Shown here in pieces: positions 1-12,880 of a DNA stretch of 64,000 bases (the stretch's first letter is position 1; the number at the start of each line of letters is the position of its first letter). The DNA comes from Eledone cirrhosa (taxonomy: Eukaryota). The DNA lies in assembly GCA_964016885.1 (NCBI GenBank), contig OZ024742.1, positions 178,126,001 to 178,190,000 on the forward strand, given 5' to 3'. Both the position numbers and the translations under genes were made by a program. The notes below the pieces were generated by a model. That model saw only the letters and a program-made list of their open reading frames with translations, was not told where the DNA came from and did no database searches.

Positions 1-1
1 G

Positions 2-530
2 AGGATTGCCCCGCCCTCTTCCTTTAGCCGGGAAGGGCAGGCAGTTTTTATCTGTCTGGTGGCCATGGCGAAAGAGATAGTATGGTGGACACGTTTGAAA
101 GGGCTGAAGACGAGCACTTACCTCTTCGGTGATGCCCTGATTAACTTTTTCAAATTTCATTTGAAAAGGAAAATCAGGGTAGAGAGGGAAGTGCTCTCTT
201 CCCAGCATTTTGTTGAAAGATGGGTGAGAGAGGCAAGAATGGCCCGAGTGAATGGGCCTACTCTGAGTATGTGTCTGTAAATTAAAAGTGGAAAACTGGG
301 AGAGGGCACTTGCCCTGGTGGTCAGGGTCACTGTGGATTTTTAATGGGCTTTCTCCACGAACGTCCCTCGGAAGTCTCCCCCCTATTGGGGAATTTTTTC
401 ATTGTTCTATTATTACATTCTCTGTTTTTTGTTTTTTTACACGCAGAAATGCCCTTTTGTACCATCCTGTATTGTCCTGTACTGTCCTTAATGTCTACTT
501 TGTGTAAACCCCTGTGGTTAATAAAGAAAG

Positions 531-569
<39 letters not shown>
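2..569 (+). mobile_element. 3' end of an L1/Tx1-like LINE (ORF2 C-terminus, 3' UTR, AATAAA, (ATT)n tail)
   Basis: Frame open from 2 to 280 (..CLVAMAKEIVWWTRLKG..FFKFHLKRKIRVEREVLSSQHFVERW..), resembling Tx1/L1 ORF2 C-termini; AATAAA at 520-525; (ATT)n at 532-569. Confidence 0.6.
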
Positions 570-1331
570 CACTATCATTCCTTATTTATCATTAAATCAA
601 TATCCAAATTTTCTAAATACTATTTAATTTTTAAATCAATATCATTGTTTTTATGTGTTTTGAGGGGAAAAAATAATGAATGTCGTTAGAAAACTAACAC
701 AGTAAATAAAACCAATGTGTACATATTAGGTGCGTCTGCTTGTGTGTGTGTGTATGTAAGCATGTATATGCTTTTTTGTAAGCCTATCTTTGATATGTCT
801 GTGTATGTCTATATTTAGATGAATGTGTAATATGTTTGCGTATATATATATATATATAGGGTTCTGCGTTTAGAAGCGTATGTGCGTATGTGTAAGTCTA
901 TATGCATGTTTCTGTGCCTATTTATGTGTATGTGTTTGCATGTAGAAGTAGGTGAGTGAGTGTATACGTGCGTGAGTGTGTATACGTCTGAGTGTGTTCC
1001 AAAATGAAATTTCAGGGTATGAGGAGGAGAATTAATTGGAACAAACAGGTAAAAATTTAGCTTGTTTATCCTAATTATCTTTACGTAATTTTCGTCTATG
1101 TTGCCAAAAGTCCATATATTAAAAACAACGCCAATTAACAGTTTCTGATTAATTAATGACTAGTTACTTTATAATTAGTGGATAATTATAATTTCCTTGT
1201 GGTTAGTAAGCCGTCGTTTATTGCTTCTTTTTTATAACTTGTTTGCTTTAATGAACAATTTTAGTCTCATAGGTTTGCTTGGTATGGTGGTCCATAGGGT
1301 GTGTTTTGAAAATATCCAATGCAATAGATTT

Positions 1332-1412
1332 CCCCTGAGGAAGGTGAAAACTATATACAGATATACTGGAGTGTAGTAAGATAGTTTTTGATGTTTGCAA
1401 ATATAATTAGGG
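1332..1412 (+). ncRNA. Degenerate type I hammerhead ribozyme
   Basis: ccc-CTGAGGA-long stem II (aaaactat/atagtttt)-(g)CAAA-tataat-TA-ggg; the GAAA box is altered. Confidence 0.4.
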
Positions 1413-1609
1413 CCAATTATCGTACGTGATGTCGTGTCATTAAACAGGTTAACTACCTCTAGGACAGAAATTTACTGTTGATCCTCTAAATTATATCCAG
1501 GTATTTTAGAATGCAGAGAATGTGGGGTGGGGGAATATGTGGGGAGATGGAGCAGACATTAAGTTTGTACATTAGCATTCGGTGTGTTTATTCCGGTGTT
1601 TGTGTATAC

Positions 1610-1693
<84 letters not shown>

Positions 1694-2224
1694 AATTAGA
1701 AATAGAAGCCAGGACTATCCATCATCAGTGGTCTACTAGCCATATTACAGACCATATACCTCCGGCTAGGGCAATACAATAACTAAATTAAGAGTTGGGT
1801 GGAGAAACATGAATGGTGAGGCTGCGCAAGGAGAGGAAAAAATGAGAAAATCAAGTCAATGATTCATTTTGAACATAAGAACTTGCGAATATTGACGAGA
1901 AGGCAAAAGACACATCTTGGCCGTGCGAATGTGAGCGAGGAAAGAATTTCGTACGGTGTGGGACGATGGAGGAAGTGAGAGAGAGGGTGAGTAGCAGAGA
2001 GTGAGTGAGTGAAAGTGTGAGGAAGTGGCTAGCTGAGAGAGGGTGACTAGCAGAGGGGGTGAGTGAAAGTAAGACGGAGAAGGAGAGAGAAGGGGGAGAA
2101 AGAAAGAGGATAGCAGTAAGGGAAGAGAAAAAGACAGGCCACAGCGAAGGGGAAAGCATATATGAATGAAAAATTGCGTGCTGTGTTGTTATATATATAT
2201 ATATATATATATAATATACATATA

Positions 2225-2289
<65 letters not shown>

Positions 2290-2302
2290 TATAGATATAT
2301 AT

Positions 2303-2439
2303 AGGAAAATGTTAAGCCCCGACGGCAGAGCTCAAGCCGTTTCGGGGTTTAACATTTTCCTTTTACCCACTCTACTACCCTAAGTATTGAGTACTCTGGT
2401 GCGTCATGGTCCACCTGGTTCCTTACCACACTTCCTTCG

Positions 2440-2442
<3 letters not shown>
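2303..2442 (+). mobile_element. Short fold-back element, family A copy 1, between (TA)n tracts
   Basis: Inverted arms 2303-2322/2342-2361; homologous to 14465-14658 and 19670-19838. Confidence 0.8.
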
Positions 2443-2497
<55 letters not shown>

Positions 2498-2535
2498 ACG
2501 TGTGTATGTGTGTATGTGTGCGTGTACTTGCTTGT

Positions 2536-2584
<49 letters not shown>

Positions 2585-2590
2585 ATATGT

Positions 2591-2632
<42 letters not shown>

Positions 2633-2781
2633 ATGTATGTGTGTGTTTATGTATATGTATATATGTATATATGTATATGCAGGGTGTTCCCAATAAATGT
2701 GTACACACTTCAACAGCATTCTTATAAATATTGCCTGTACAGGTAATCGGTGTCTATACATTTTGGGGGGACATCCTATAA

Positions 2782-2816
<35 letters not shown>

Positions 2817-3062
2817 GCGTATGTTTGTATATGTCTATATATGTGTGCGGTTGTGAGTATACGTCTGTGTATGTATACGTGTGTGTGAGTGTGTGTGTGA
2901 GAGAAAGAGAGTGTGTGTAGAAATACTAGGTTTATAGCTTATATAACTGAATTATTGATGAGGCAGTAATAACATAATTGCAGTTGAGAGTGTATGGTGG
3001 TCATTCGTTTACTCACGCACACAAACTCTCTTCTCTCTCTCTCTTTATCTCTCTCCCTCTCC

Positions 3063-3102
<40 letters not shown>

Positions 3103-3248
3103 CGCTCTCTCTCTCTCGCTCTCTCTCTCTCGCTCTCTCTCTCTCTATCTCTTACTCTCTCTCTCTCATTCTTTCTCTCTCTCTGTCAGAGACAAGTACA
3201 CACACACACGCGCGCGCACACACAATCGTACACGCAAATATATGCGTG

Positions 3249-3289
<41 letters not shown>

Positions 3290-3498
3290 ATGTAGATATA
3301 TAATAAAATAAGAAACACTGGAAGAATGTAAATTTCGAAATGAATGCTTTCAAAATAATTATTATGCACTTATTCATGCATGGAATCTGGGGGGCATATG
3401 TGAGGGGATGCGGAAAATGTTCAGCTGTATATTCGCATTCGGTGTTTGTGTGTGTGTGTATATATATGTATATATATATGTGTGTGTTTGTGTGTGTG

Positions 3499-3638
<140 letters not shown>

Positions 3639-3946
3639 TGCGTGTTTATGATTGTTTGTGGAGTATATATGTATGTCACTTGAATAGTTGTTCCATAATC
3701 AAGTAGTTGTGTTGATCCAACAACTGGAATATTTGTCATAGAAACCGATGCACGTCCATTCCAACATTATTCAACTGGGGAGAGGGACGAGCATTGGATC
3801 TATTTTACATCATACACTGTACAGTTATATTGCATTAGCTTGTATGGTTGCATTGCTGTCAAAGTGAAATACAATAGATTATGAGAGTTCGCTATAAATT
3901 ATGTTTCTTATCAAGCTTTGCAAATGTTTGAAAACAGCAATATATA

Positions 3947-4124
3947 TAATTGTTTCTAATTTTGGCACAAGGTCAGTAGTTATCCCAGTGCATTACTGGT
4001 ACTTTATTTTATCGACCCCGTAAGGATGAAAGGTAAAATTAACCTGGGCGGTATTTGAACCCCGACCATAAAGGGTCGTAACTCTTTACTGCAAAGCATG
4101 GCGTCAGACCCTCTACCGATACTG
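3947..4124 (-). mobile_element. tRNA-derived SINE (octopus OK/OR-like family 1)
   Basis: B-box GTTCAAAT and conserved body (ttcatccttacggggtcgataaaataaagtaccagt) shared by many copies in the window. Confidence 0.85.
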
Positions 4125-4617
4125 AATGCGGAAGAAATATGCCTTTAATGTCTGCTAACTGGGAGGTAAATCATCCTCTGGGGTAGGGAACTCTGTGGGA
4201 AAATATCTCCGCAGAAACTACTACCCAGGGTTTAAATTTACTGTCTTCCCACTCAAAACATTAAATCTATGTAGCTTAATTACAAAATGAACCCGAAACT
4301 AAAGCTATTCCTTTTATATTTCTATCGAACTTCTACTTTTATTGATTTTTTTGCTTTGTTCTTGGTGATTTATATCTGTTTTAACACATTTAAGTTCCAT
4401 GAAAACTTTAACTAATTCTAACTTTGCTGACATTATTAATCCCGAAATTGCGATTTCAAATAGAGAAATGGCATTTAGTACGGTCAGCCCTAAAAGAATT
4501 TTAACAGGAAATTATAGACTATGTTTGACATTTTGCTCTCGCCCCTAATTGTAACAACCTTCTTTGTCACCTCCCATCAAATAACCTTTATATTAAATAC
4601 CCTTCTTCATCTTTTTA

Positions 4618-4755
<138 letters not shown>

Positions 4756-6002
4756 TTTTCTTCCTCTTTTAGTCTTCTTCCGCCTCCTCTTCATCATCAT
4801 TGTCGTCGTCATCTTCCTCTTTTATCTTCTTCTTTCACTTCTTTTTCTTCATATTTGTTCTTTTTATTTTTAATCACGATTTTCTTTTTCGTGGCATTGT
4901 TATCACTTTTGTCTTGATTGCTTTTTTTCTTTTAATAGAAATCGTTTTGATTCCATTAATTTCCGCTTTTGTATTTGAAATATTTAAAATGTCCCTCTTG
5001 AAAAGCTAGTGTAAAGAACGAAATATAAACAGCATTGCATAAAATGGCCATAAATATTTGGTTCAATAATCTATACTCACACACAAAGTCTGCCATTAGC
5101 AATCACTATTTTCCCCTTCACATAATAAAATGATCTTTGACATTTACGTTAAGAATGAAATTCCAGGCTAGTGATTTTATATAGCAATGTTGATGATTTC
5201 ATAATGAACTTTCTGAAATGATAATCTCTATAAATAATGAACAGACATATATTTGTCTACAGGTATTGTGCTAATATCTGATTGTAGCTTATTGATGACA
5301 ACCAGCATAGTCAAATTGGTCTGTTAGTAATTATATGGTTCGTGGTTCAAACTAGAATGTCTGCATAGCGGATTAATTAGGAAATGAAAGGAGGAGGACG
5401 AAACATACGATGAACATTCAATGGACACACAAGCTGGATAAATAGTTCATCTTCAAACACAAATTCAATACTGCTAACGTAAACTTAGGCACTGCTAATA
5501 TTTATCACTGATAGTATGTAATGCAGATTATATACGTATAGATATAAATGTGCACGCATACGTATAGACAGACGAACACTCACACACTATGATGTTTACC
5601 ACTTCTCCGTTTTGGGTAGTGTTTTCGATGCTCATGAAGTTGGATTGGTCGAGTGCAAGGCCATTCCCCACTTTAAAACCTTCAAAGCACAGCCATTGGT
5701 TGTTCAGGATATGTTACAGGTTCTTGTGGCTGGCCGTAGCCTAGAAGTGCACCAAACTCTATAATCTGACAAGCGATTGCAATACTCTTAGCAGAGTTTG
5801 CAGCCATCGTGTATATATGTATAAATATATATATTTAACTTTAATTATATCTCATAAAATAATACAACTGGCTTTCCACATAATACATATAGTTATCACC
5901 CCCAAACACTTAAATTGGGTTATACTAACATATAACCTAATGTTTGTTGAGTGAGATGGTTACCAGTCAGAATTTAGCTTTAAGCTATCTCTGTTATTGT
6001 AT

Positions 6003-6043
<41 letters not shown>

Positions 6044-6180
6044 CCACTACAAGCCGAATATTACATAAAAGAGGGACATCCCCCAACTATATAAACCTTA
6101 ATCTAGTTAGAAAAATATAAAAACAATCTCTTTTCAACATATATTAATAACCTTAAATTACCATACTAATAATGAAAAGA

Positions 6181-6238
6181 TATGCTGATGAGAATAGGTA
6201 CAAATATGCGATAATGAATGTGTCTAAAAACGTCCATA
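6181..6238 (+). ncRNA. Degenerate type I hammerhead ribozyme
   Basis: tatg-CTGATGA-stem II-AAAAC-GTC-cata; stem I tatg/cata; GAAA changed to AAAA. Confidence 0.45.
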
Positions 6239-6337
6239 AGTATGTATATATATGTGAAAATGTATATAAATAAGTAAATATATATATATGTTTGATGTGT
6301 ATAGTTAGATGTAAGTGTATTCATGTATTAAAGTGCT

Positions 6338-6384
<47 letters not shown>

Positions 6385-6391
6385 GTATGTG

Positions 6392-6424
<33 letters not shown>

Positions 6425-7168
6425 GTATATGTATATATGTATATATATATGTGTATGTATGTATGTGTATATGGATGTGTATGTATGTGTATGTGTGTAC
6501 ACATGGACTAGAGTATGTATGTATATATGTGTGTGTCTATACGTGTGTATATATAAAGATAAGTTGAGTATGAAAATGTATACACATGAGCGCGTATGTA
6601 TGTACATGAATACATGTGTGTATATATATGTGTATGCATGTGTATATATATGTAAGTATGAATATGTGAATTGTGAGTATATGTATTTTGTAGAGGTGTG
6701 CAAATATATTTGTGTGTGAATGCGTGGGTGAAAGAATACGTACACTTGAAAGAAAAATTTAAGTCTGAATGTTAAGTGCAAACACAAAACCAACCACGCA
6801 TATCTTTACTATCTCTAATCCTTCTATAGATTTAGAAAAATAACCAATAATATATTCTATAAAAAATGTCAAAACAACAGATGGGAATCTAATTAATCAC
6901 TGCCACCAAGAATTCTCACTGCTATCGAAAAACCACTCCTTCAACTATTCTTCTAACAACTTCACCCCTTCCTCCTAATATTCTCTATAAAAACTAAATA
7001 GGTCCTCAGTAATATTATTCTGATGAAATGACAGTAAACAATAACATTGAAATATTGAATGTCTGCATAACTAAAAGTTTGTAGATAGCTGTTTTAGGTT
7101 ATGTAACTGTTATAGAAACACGTGTCAATAAATTCCTTTCAACTAAACTGTATCCATTCAAATCTTTC

Positions 7169-7301
<133 letters not shown>

Positions 7302-7302
7302 C

Positions 7303-7564
7303 TGTATTATAGGGTAAAATGACAGAAGGCCGGACAGGTTGTATTCCTTTAGGTTTTATTACTGCAAATATTATGCACATTTCAGTGGCCAGTTTACGTG
7401 TGAACCCGGTGAATCCGGCCTCTTGTCATTTTACCCTATAATACAATTTAACTCCGTTCCCGCACCACCAACATGATTCAACATCAAAGATGGGTGAGTT
7501 GCATAACGCTGAATGCTTTCATAATATTATATCAGGGTTTACTTCGAGGAAAGACCAAATTTAG

Positions 7565-7570
<6 letters not shown>
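7303..7570 (+). mobile_element. Fold-back element between (TG)n and (TA)n
   Basis: Inverted arms 7303-7334/7414-7445, then a unique tail ending in (TA)n. Confidence 0.6.
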
Positions 7571-7645
<75 letters not shown>

Positions 7646-7726
7646 CGTATGTATGTATGTATATAATTGTTTCTACTTTTGGCCTTATGCCAAAAGTAGA
7701 AACAATTATATACATACATACATACG

Positions 7727-7778
<52 letters not shown>

Positions 7779-7795
7779 CGTATGTATGTATGTAT

Positions 7796-7900
7796 ATAAT
7801 TGTTTCTACTTTTGGCATAAGGCCAGAAATTACCCAGTGCATTACTGGTACTTTATTTTAGCGACCCCGTAAGGATGAAAGGCAAAGTTAACCTCGGCGT
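7796..7900 (-). mobile_element. 5'-truncated SINE family 1 with inverted triplication of its 3' end
   Basis: SINE body; 3' end repeated forward/inverted/forward across 7640-7822. Confidence 0.8.
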
Positions 7901-7944
7901 GATAATGTGTATATATATATATGTGTATGTATATAAATAAATTT

Positions 7945-8205
7945 AAAAAATTTCGCTCTACATGGCTGAATAGAATAAATAAAATCTGACTTTTCGAATA
8001 TTAATAATAACATTCGATTCGTTTGCAATTATGCAAACAAGCCTCATTTTAAAGCCATGTCAGTAGAATTGTGTTGGCATGTAAACAGTTTACATGCCAA
8101 CACAAGAGCAAGAATGAAGAGTTCATTCTAGTGACATCGCTTTAAAAATGAGGCTTGTTTGCATAATTGCAAACGAATCGAATGTTATAAACTCAGATTA
8201 TATTT
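7945..8205 (-). mobile_element. Fold-back element, family B copy 1
   Basis: Arms ~8008-8069/8125-8187 plus inner hairpin (ttgtgttggcatgtaaac/gtttacatgccaacacaa); homologous to 22905-23190. Confidence 0.75.
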
Positions 8206-8243
8206 ATTATATGTATTTATATATACACAAACATATATATATA

Positions 8244-8294
<51 letters not shown>

Positions 8295-8904
8295 GTGTGT
8301 GTGTGTGTGTTTGAATGTGTTTGTGTGTGTTTGTGTGTTTATGTGTTTGTCTATCGATATTTGTAAATAAACAGTGGAGCGTCGAGTTGAAATGTTTAGA
8401 AAATGTTGAAAATCTTGAACACAGGGAATAATTGTTATTGGTATGAATAATAGAGAATCGATCAAACAGTACCATTCGAATTATTTAGCTTTTATTTAGA
8501 CTATAAATGTAATCATGGGTCGTTTAGCTTAATGTACAGAATTCGATTCTCTGTAATAACGGCCGTTGAGTGTTAGAACAGTGTATTACCAACTGCTGGG
8601 TGCTACGACAGTGTATTACAGACTTCAGTGTGCTAAGATAATGTATTACTGAATGCAGAGATATCACTGAAAATATGTTTCTTCTTTTAGGAGTAGAATA
8701 TTGCCAATTACTTTTGCCATAAGACGTAACATGGCCGAGGTTTGGCTGTGAAAGAGTAGGGCATTGCCAATTTTTCCCGTAGACATGGCATAGCCGAAGA
8801 GTTATGGTGAGAAAAGAGCAGAGCCTCTGACTTTTGTAGTTCCCGCTATATTGGTGAGACGGCTGATTGTCACTCTAAACATCTGGATGTTAATGTCTGC
8901 TGCA

Positions 8905-9042
8905 CCACCGAAACAGCCGGCTCATGAAATTAACGTGTAAGTGGTTGAGCATTACACAGAAACATGTACCCTTAATCTAAATGTTATAGAGGTTCAGAGT
9001 GACATTGTATAACATGGATAGCCTTTTCAATTACAAGTACAG
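8905..9042. mobile_element. Interspersed repeat, probably a SINE tail; second copy ~34590-34745 in opposite orientation
   Basis: gtacccttaa..ttcagagtgaca motif is reverse-complementary to tgtcacgctgaatctccctgagaagtatgttaagggtac at ~34630-34672. Confidence 0.55.
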
Positions 9043-9054
9043 TGAGTGGTGCAT

Positions 9055-9212
9055 CCGACGAGCTTCCAAACAGTTTCAGTGTATTCAGTTTCATTAACTA
9101 AGTATGAATCAACTCGAGGCTATGGTAAATTACACTTGTCCAAAATTCCATGATGTGGGATCTAACCCGGCCCTTAATGATTGCGAAACGAACGTCTTAA
9201 CCAATCGGTCAA
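9055..9212 (-). mobile_element. SINE family 2 (tRNA head plus CORE-like domain), degenerate
   Basis: Similar to 25255-25402 (gcaagtgtcttctactatagc core). Confidence 0.6.
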
Positions 9213-9364
9213 GGTATATCCACAGAGTGCGAATATTGCAAGAGAGATCTTGTGTCAGGTGGCTGGTGTGAGACAACGGGTGACATTTAAAGATAACTGT
9301 ACTGATATATTATTATATCCACATTAGTCGAAGGTAGTTTCACCTATTCATATATATTCTCACT

Positions 9365-9434
9365 ATGAAAGCATATGCTACCCTACGAGTGTATATGAAA
9401 ACATATACTCTCGTAGGGTAGCATATGCTTTCAT
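9365..9434. repeat. 33-bp-arm near-perfect hairpin
   Basis: 9365-9397 vs 9402-9434, one mismatch, AAAA loop. Confidence 0.95.
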
Positions 9435-9586
9435 GCACACCCCTATGATGAACCAAGTTTTATTAGTGCTAATTCTAAGCACTTCACTTTCTCAAGTCAA
9501 GTTCGCACTATATGCAAATGAGCATCCCCAACCGATATTCATACGCCAAAATTGTGTAGGTTTTAACCTCAGTAACGAGTAAATAA

Positions 9587-9640
9587 ATGACACTGACGAC
9601 GGGTGAACATCTAGAAACAGCCATCTGGCATTCTTGTCAT
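9587..9640 (+). ncRNA. Degenerate type I hammerhead ribozyme
   Basis: atgaca-CTGACGA-cgggtgaacatcta-GAAA-cagccatctggcat-TC-ttgtcat. Confidence 0.45.
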
Positions 9641-9990
9641 GTTGAGATAGCTGTGACATAATCGCGGCTTTTCATTGCGAGACTCGTATGTTTATTAAAC
9701 ATATCATCCGTGCTTTCATAAACACATATATGAGGAACGACGCGATGTAAGTGTCACTTTTAATCCTCAGGTATATCCACACTTACTCTCACCTATTATT
9801 AACTATTCACATATCAGAACAGAATATTTAGAAGGCAGGAATGAAAGAAGAAAAGGAAAGAAGAACTGGCAACCATCTGCAAATGTACTAAATCTCAATA
9901 TTCATATTACAATATTTCTAAATTTGCATAAATCTTTAAAAAATACAATAAGTTAAAAACTAAAAAGACTGTATACACATACACACATAT

Positions 9991-10053
<63 letters not shown>

Positions 10054-10054
10054 T

Positions 10055-10095
<41 letters not shown>

Positions 10096-10102
10096 CATAT
10101 AT

Positions 10103-10180
<78 letters not shown>

Positions 10181-10455
10181 GTGTGTACGTATATATATAT
10201 ATATATATATATACGTACACACACACTCACACATACATGTACATACACATATATATATATACACACACACACGAAAAAATACAATAAGTTGAAACCTAAA
10301 AAGACTACCCACTTTCCGCCAAGAAACTAAATCAATACGACAAGTAATTTTTATTAAAATGATACATAACAAACTGAAATATCAATACAGCTTCTACTAC
10401 AATTAATGGCCTGCATTCTTATATATATATGTGTGTGTGTGTGTATATATATATG

Positions 10456-10492
<37 letters not shown>

Positions 10493-10610
10493 TTACATAC
10501 ATAGATTATATATATACATATATATATATATACATATATATACATAGATATATACATATATATATATATATGTATGTATGTATATATATATACATATACA
10601 TCTATATATT

Positions 10611-10664
<54 letters not shown>

Positions 10665-10675
10665 GATAGCTAGAT

Positions 10676-10746
<71 letters not shown>
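10665..10746. repeat. (GATA)n microsatellite ending a long compound (TA)/(CA) tract
   Basis: Read directly. Confidence 0.95.
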
Positions 10747-12605
10747 TTTCCAACATGGAACTTATCTGATATGATTGGTTAATGTTGTAAAAATGGTGGC
10801 ATATCTCCCTATATGGCCTCTTAAAATATATCGTTTTCTTTGTTTCTTTCTGTTTCGTTCTATTTGATTCTTATTTTGTATATTTTCATTGTGTATTCGT
10901 TTGTTTGTTGTTTTGTTGTTTGTTTTTTTTTCTTTTTTTTTCAGATGGTGCTGATGTTGATGGAGGGGGGGGGATTTCAATTAGAAAGGAATTTTTACCA
11001 TTTTTAATCTAATTTTAAATTTCTAATGGAATGGAAATAATTCTGGATTCATAAGCAATGAGAAGACATAATGTTTCTGCTAGAGGCGGGAAGAAAATGT
11101 AAAACTCACTTCGCCGTTAATGCCAATGGTGCGGTTTGTGAATAACATTAAATGTAAATTGTCAATAATATTTTGCATATTCAAGGAAAAATATCTAAAA
11201 TCGTTTTCCTTATGGAATTGCCACCTACATGGAATCTATAAGCAAAACTTGCTTTATACATGCAATCGAAATGGAAGGAACAACAGTAATATGCATCAAA
11301 ATTGGAATAGTATCAACAACAACAACAAAAAGAGATGAAATTATTATTATTTTTAAAGGTGGGATTTGATTTGCAAGCAGCCTTATTGCAATAAAGAAAA
11401 ATTCTTTCAGAATGAAAAGCGCCGTTATGGATGGCTCTTAAACTCTCTGCTCTTAACATCCTATCCAGGTTTCGACCTACAACAATTTCAACTAAACCTC
11501 AAATAGTTCGATCTCTGAACAGTTATTTGAAGGTCCCTGTACTAATATCCAATAAAATTCAGCCCATTTGATAATCATTAGTAAATTTGTGAAGGCGTGT
11601 GACATAATTATAAGAGGGTTGGGCTCAGGGCCATAAGTTAGAAACTTATAAGATGTCAGCTCAACCTGTATAGGCATGAGCTGTAATTTTCTTTTGTCTT
11701 TTTTGGGGGGTTTCCATTAGTTTATACTCCATAACTGCTGCCCTACCATCACGCCACTTCACTAATTCCACATCTGGCCATATATTTTCTTTGTGTTTCT
11801 TTCTCCTGTGATAGCTCAGTGAAGTAAATTCTCTGACATCTACCCATATAACTCCACTGTTTTTGCTCCTTCTGTGATAATAGTTTCGGTTCCAGACCCA
11901 TATCTGTGAACAAAATATTTTGCTCAGAAATACTGACTAGCCATCAAGCAACTACAACAACCCCACTCCTTCAGTTCTTCTATGTTTGCTGTTCCCCGTA
12001 CTATTTCACGTTATACAAACTTCAAACTAAATACTTTTTCCCCAAGAATTGTATCTTCATCAGAATTGACTTTCTCTGACGTTCTCCCAGTCGAAACACA
12101 CTGTTACAAATCCTTAGAAAATTATCTTTACAAATTTCTGCTTCGTATAACTGGTTCTCCAAAAATAGATAATCATAAAACAAACCAAAATAATGTCCTG
12201 TCTAAAACTTTGAGTCTCACAGCAAACAAATTTATCTCATTTTACAAAGATATAAACTGTGTTTTGCTGATGTAGACTATCATTTGTTTCCATAGACTCG
12301 GTTTTGTTGAGGTTTCGTTTTTCTGCTTTTTATTTCTTTTCTTACAAAAAGAATACACTGTACATCTTCACACACAAGTGTTTGCTGGAATACACCTATA
12401 TACACGGTGATGTAATGCAATGTATTTGTATACTGTCAGTGAAGAATGCTAACTGTGGTTAGTTACTTACTGGGATTTATGAGAAAATACTGCTAAGCAA
12501 CTTGTCATACGATATATTGATGTTTACATGTGGATATTTGTGTATGACTGTCTATGTATGTGTAGATGTTTGTCTTCATTTACTTCTGTCTTAAGTGTGT
12601 TATAT

Positions 12606-12790
12606 GTGGATTGGCAGCATCGGTAGAGGGTCGGACACCATGCTTTGACGCATAGAGTTATGGCCCTTGCCATTCTTAGTTCAAATCCAGCTGAGGTTAA
12701 CTTTACCTCTCACCTTACGGGGTCGATAAAATAAAGTACCAGTAATGCACTGAGTAATTGCTGGCCTTGTGCAAAAAGTAGAAACAGTTG
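12606..12790 (+). mobile_element. SINE family 1, near full length
   Basis: A-box-like tggcagcatcggt, B-box gttcaaatcc, conserved body and agtagaaac 3' end. Confidence 0.85.
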
Positions 12791-12828
12791 CATGTGTATA
12801 TACATTTGTACATCCCTCATACGTGAGT

Positions 12829-12878
<50 letters not shown>

Positions 12879-12880
<2 letters not shown>

